Part shown: positions 61,513 through 64,000 of the stretch, piece after piece
Position numbering within the stretch: the stretch's first letter is position 1
Layout of the letters: the number at the start of each line of letters is the position of its first letter
Virus record (IMG/VR): IMGVR_UViG_3300044648_000427
Length of the DNA: 64,000 bases
Source: a virus
Direction: 5' to 3' (one strand)
Made by a program: the position numbers and the translations under genes
Notes under the pieces: generated by a model
Told to the model about the DNA's origin: nothing
Seen by the model: the letters and a program-made list of their open reading frames with translations, nothing else
The model's database searches: none

Positions 61513-62286
61513 TTATAACTCACACATTTTACATGTATCAGCATTTCCGATTTTAAGATAGACAAAATTTTCACTAACACCTAAGCAAAAGTCTTTATAT
61601 TGATTTTCATCCTCATTATAATTCAACCAAGCAGATCTCGCATCAAAAAATGTAACTTTTTTGAGGTATTTGCCATTTTCATCACCAACAATGAAAAAGT
61701 CATTACAGCTATTGCACTCATACATACCTACTTTTTGTTTACCTTCAATAAATCTTTCAAATTCTAATCGCTTTTCTTCCTGTTTCTTTCTAATTCTATC
61801 ATATTTACGTAATTTTGTTATATATTCCTTATATTCAGGTAACTTTGTTAAATCTTTAGTTTGAATAAGTCCATCGGTGTCCATTAAATCGGCAACAATT
61901 TTTTCAATCAATTTAGAATCACCTTCAACTAATAGATTAAGTTTTTCTATCGTTTCACTTGTAGCCACATTAAATTGAAAAGGCGAATCATAAACAAATT
62001 TTTCACCTACAAGCTTAACAACTGGAGGAATATAAGCCCTTTGTTCTGTCATAAACGATTCATAATTTTTCTTAAATCCTTCATGAAGTTTATTAATTTT
62101 TTTCACAGTTTGTGGATCTAATCGCAATCCATTAACAAAACTTTCTTCGATTAAATAACCATCATCCAATATAACAGCGTTATATAGAGGATCAAATTTT
62201 GCTGGTTTTCCATCAATTGTAGCAGAAAAATCTTCGTTAACTCTTACCGAGTATTCTTGACCATTTTTATTTAATGTAAAATTCAT
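61513..62286 (-). CDS. Hypothetical protein with C-terminal Zn motif
   Basis: ORF track; CNSC...CKMC. Confidence 0.65.
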   Translation of the reverse strand: MNFTLNKNGQEYSVRVNEDFSATIDGKPAKFDPLYNAVILDDGYLIEESFVNGLRLDPQTVKKINKLHEGFKKNYESFMTEQRAYIPPVVKLVGEKFVYDSPFQFNVATSETIEKLNLLVEGDSKLIEKIVADLMDTDGLIQTKDLTKLPEYKEYITKLRKYDRIRKKQEEKRLEFERFIEGKQKVGMYECNSCNDFFIVGDENGKYLKKVTFFDARSAWLNYNEDENQYKDFCLGVSENFVYLKIGNADTCKMCEL

Positions 62287-62827
62287 TTACTATAGGAGTT
62301 TTCATTTTGCCATTTAAAAACCTTTCTACAAAATCACCGATTGATTCAATATCATAAGTATGATTATATGGTCTACGGATTAAATACCCTTTATTTCCGA
62401 ACAAATCAATAACGTCTCTAGAATCATCAATCATTATGTCAACATTAGCTAAAGTTTTATCTAAACTATTATTCACTACAACAAATCCATCTACTTTCAT
62501 ACTCCATTTTTTCAAAACATTTATAACGTTGGGAATTGTCTTTACGTTTCTTCTAGTCACTATTATAATTTGATGATTTTTTCCATGAAGTTTTTTGAAG
62601 TGCAAATTTATGTCTGATTCATATGGTCTAATAGAATTAAAATCATTAATCCAAATAAAGTCTAAAAGACTTATAAAATTATTCACAGAAGTTCCTAAAA
62701 TCTTATGTGCGTGATAATCGATTATATCGGAAGATTTAAAATTAGTTCCATAACGGAGATTAAATTCATTTAGTGTAGGTGTGAGGACATCTAACAATGT
62801 GCCGTCAACATCTATTCCCAGCTTCAA
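62267..62827 (-). CDS. 5'(3')-deoxyribonucleotidase (HAD superfamily)
   Basis: GIDVDGTL, IVTRR, K...DIMIDDS, RPYN motifs. Confidence 0.85.
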   Translation of the reverse strand: MKLGIDVDGTLLDVLTPTLNEFNLRYGTNFKSSDIIDYHAHKILGTSVNNFISLLDFIWINDFNSIRPYESDINLHFKKLHGKNHQIIIVTRRNVKTIPNVINVLKKWSMKVDGFVVVNNSLDKTLANVDIMIDDSRDVIDLFGNKGYLIRRPYNHTYDIESIGDFVERFLNGKMKTPIVNEFYIK

Positions 62828-62892
62828 TTTTGACTTCGCTTCTTCCTATAATAAAAAATGAGTTACTTATATATAAATGTTAGGAAATTTTT

Positions 62893-63117
62893 TTATCCAT
62901 ATAATATAATCTTACAAAAATCATATCCTCTATTAGTAAGTTTATATTCATTGCTACCTTCAACTTTTTCTACAAATCCAATGTTTGATAATCCCTTGAT
63001 AGCATTACTGGCATCGGGATTAAGAGCATTATACGCAAATTGCTTTTTTGGATATAAAAGATGAAGCATAGTTTTTTCATATTCGGTTAAAAATAATAAA
63101 ATATGATGTGTGTTCAT
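62893..63117 (-). CDS. Small winged-helix protein
   Basis: AIKGLSNIGFVE....YKLTNRG. Confidence 0.6.
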   Translation of the reverse strand: MNTHHILLFLTEYEKTMLHLLYPKKQFAYNALNPDASNAIKGLSNIGFVEKVEGSNEYKLTNRGYDFCKIILYG

Positions 63118-64000
63118 TACGTTATTTCCTTACTTTCTACTTTCTGTTTAAATTCTTCTGAGGCTTCTCCTGCCATCCATTTCATTACTTCTTGTAATAC
63201 TATCCATACATGATGTGTTTCTTCCTTTTGACCATCCAAAAGTTTTGTAAGTTTATCTGCTACTTCTTGTGCGATTTTTGGATTATCCTTTCTTGCTTCA
63301 TATAGATAAAGTCCGAATCCAGAAAATCCATCATAGATGTTGTATTGAGATATTAGTTTACACATCTCTATTGCTTTTTCTTTTGTTCCGCCAAAAATAT
63401 ATTCTCTTACAAGTTCTTTGTCATCGGTAATAAATATGTCTTTATCTTTCATGATTATTCCTCATCCTCCGAATCACCAGCTATACGTCTACATTCTTTA
63501 CAATCAGCTTCGGTATCAAATTCTTCTTTAAATCCCTCATTACCACATTCAGCACAAGTAAAAAATTCTTCTAATTTACCGTCATTTTCCATATAAACGT
63601 GACCATCTTCCTCATCATATAGAAATACATATCCACTATTAGCATTAAACGCTAATTTAAATCCACCTAGACTTAAATCTGAATCTAAATAAAGTTCTAG
63701 TAGATCTTTTGCATCCGATAACTCTCTATATCCCCAATTGGTAAAATCAGCTTCATATACATTCATTTAGTTTTCCCTCTCTTCTCTTGCTTTAGATACC
63801 CTTTTAGTTATAGGTTTATCTTTTGATTCACTTTCATATTCTTCTATAAGACTTAATATAGTTTCTGTAGCACTTTCAGAATTTACACTAAAACTCTCAT
63901 ATTCATCATATACAACAGAATCTCCTATTACATAAGCTATATTCCTTTTAAATTCTTGGAATTTTTTTATTTCTTCTGTAATTACCATACTAAAGCTCAA
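63117..64000 (-). CDS. Hypothetical ORFs 63117..63452, 63455..63766, 63767..64000
   Basis: ORF track; tightly packed. Confidence 0.55.

Noticed and set aside
1-64000. Stop-codon reassignment
   Set aside because: Long genes are intact under the standard code and TAA, TAG and TGA all terminate genes

Overview
AT-rich 64-kb segment of a large tailed dsDNA virus (Caudoviricetes, long non-contractile tail type) of an archaeon. The host is most likely a soil ammonia-oxidising Nitrososphaerota; this is inferred from archaeal TATA/BRE promoters on leaderless genes, oligo-T terminators, a class II RNR and thaumarchaeal-style secreted proteins. About 1-24 kb is the tail module: tail tube, frameshifted tail chaperones, HK97-gp10-like protein, 2099-aa tape measure, baseplate hub and LamG fibre, interrupted by three free-standing homing endonucleases and morons. 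About 24-40 kb holds giant shuffled adhesin-like proteins built from purple-acid-phosphatase, PKD and discoidin domains plus an unannotated H...ExxH beta-domain. About 40-64 kb holds replication and nucleotide genes (helicases, dUTPase, intein-containing NrdJ, nucleotidase, ParB) and dense arrays of micro-ORFs. The most notable signals are: (1) a second promoter class, TA[G/C]TT at about -36, in front of almost every virion gene; (2) the six-copy H/ExxH domain fused to phosphatases in probable virion-surface proteins; (3) a -1 frameshift in the tail chaperone; (4) TATA-driven, ORF-less structured RNAs; (5) apparent avoidance of CCWGG and GGWCC. No CRISPR array, tRNA, rRNA or reverse transcriptase was seen. 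All product calls come from reading motifs by eye; no database searches were run.
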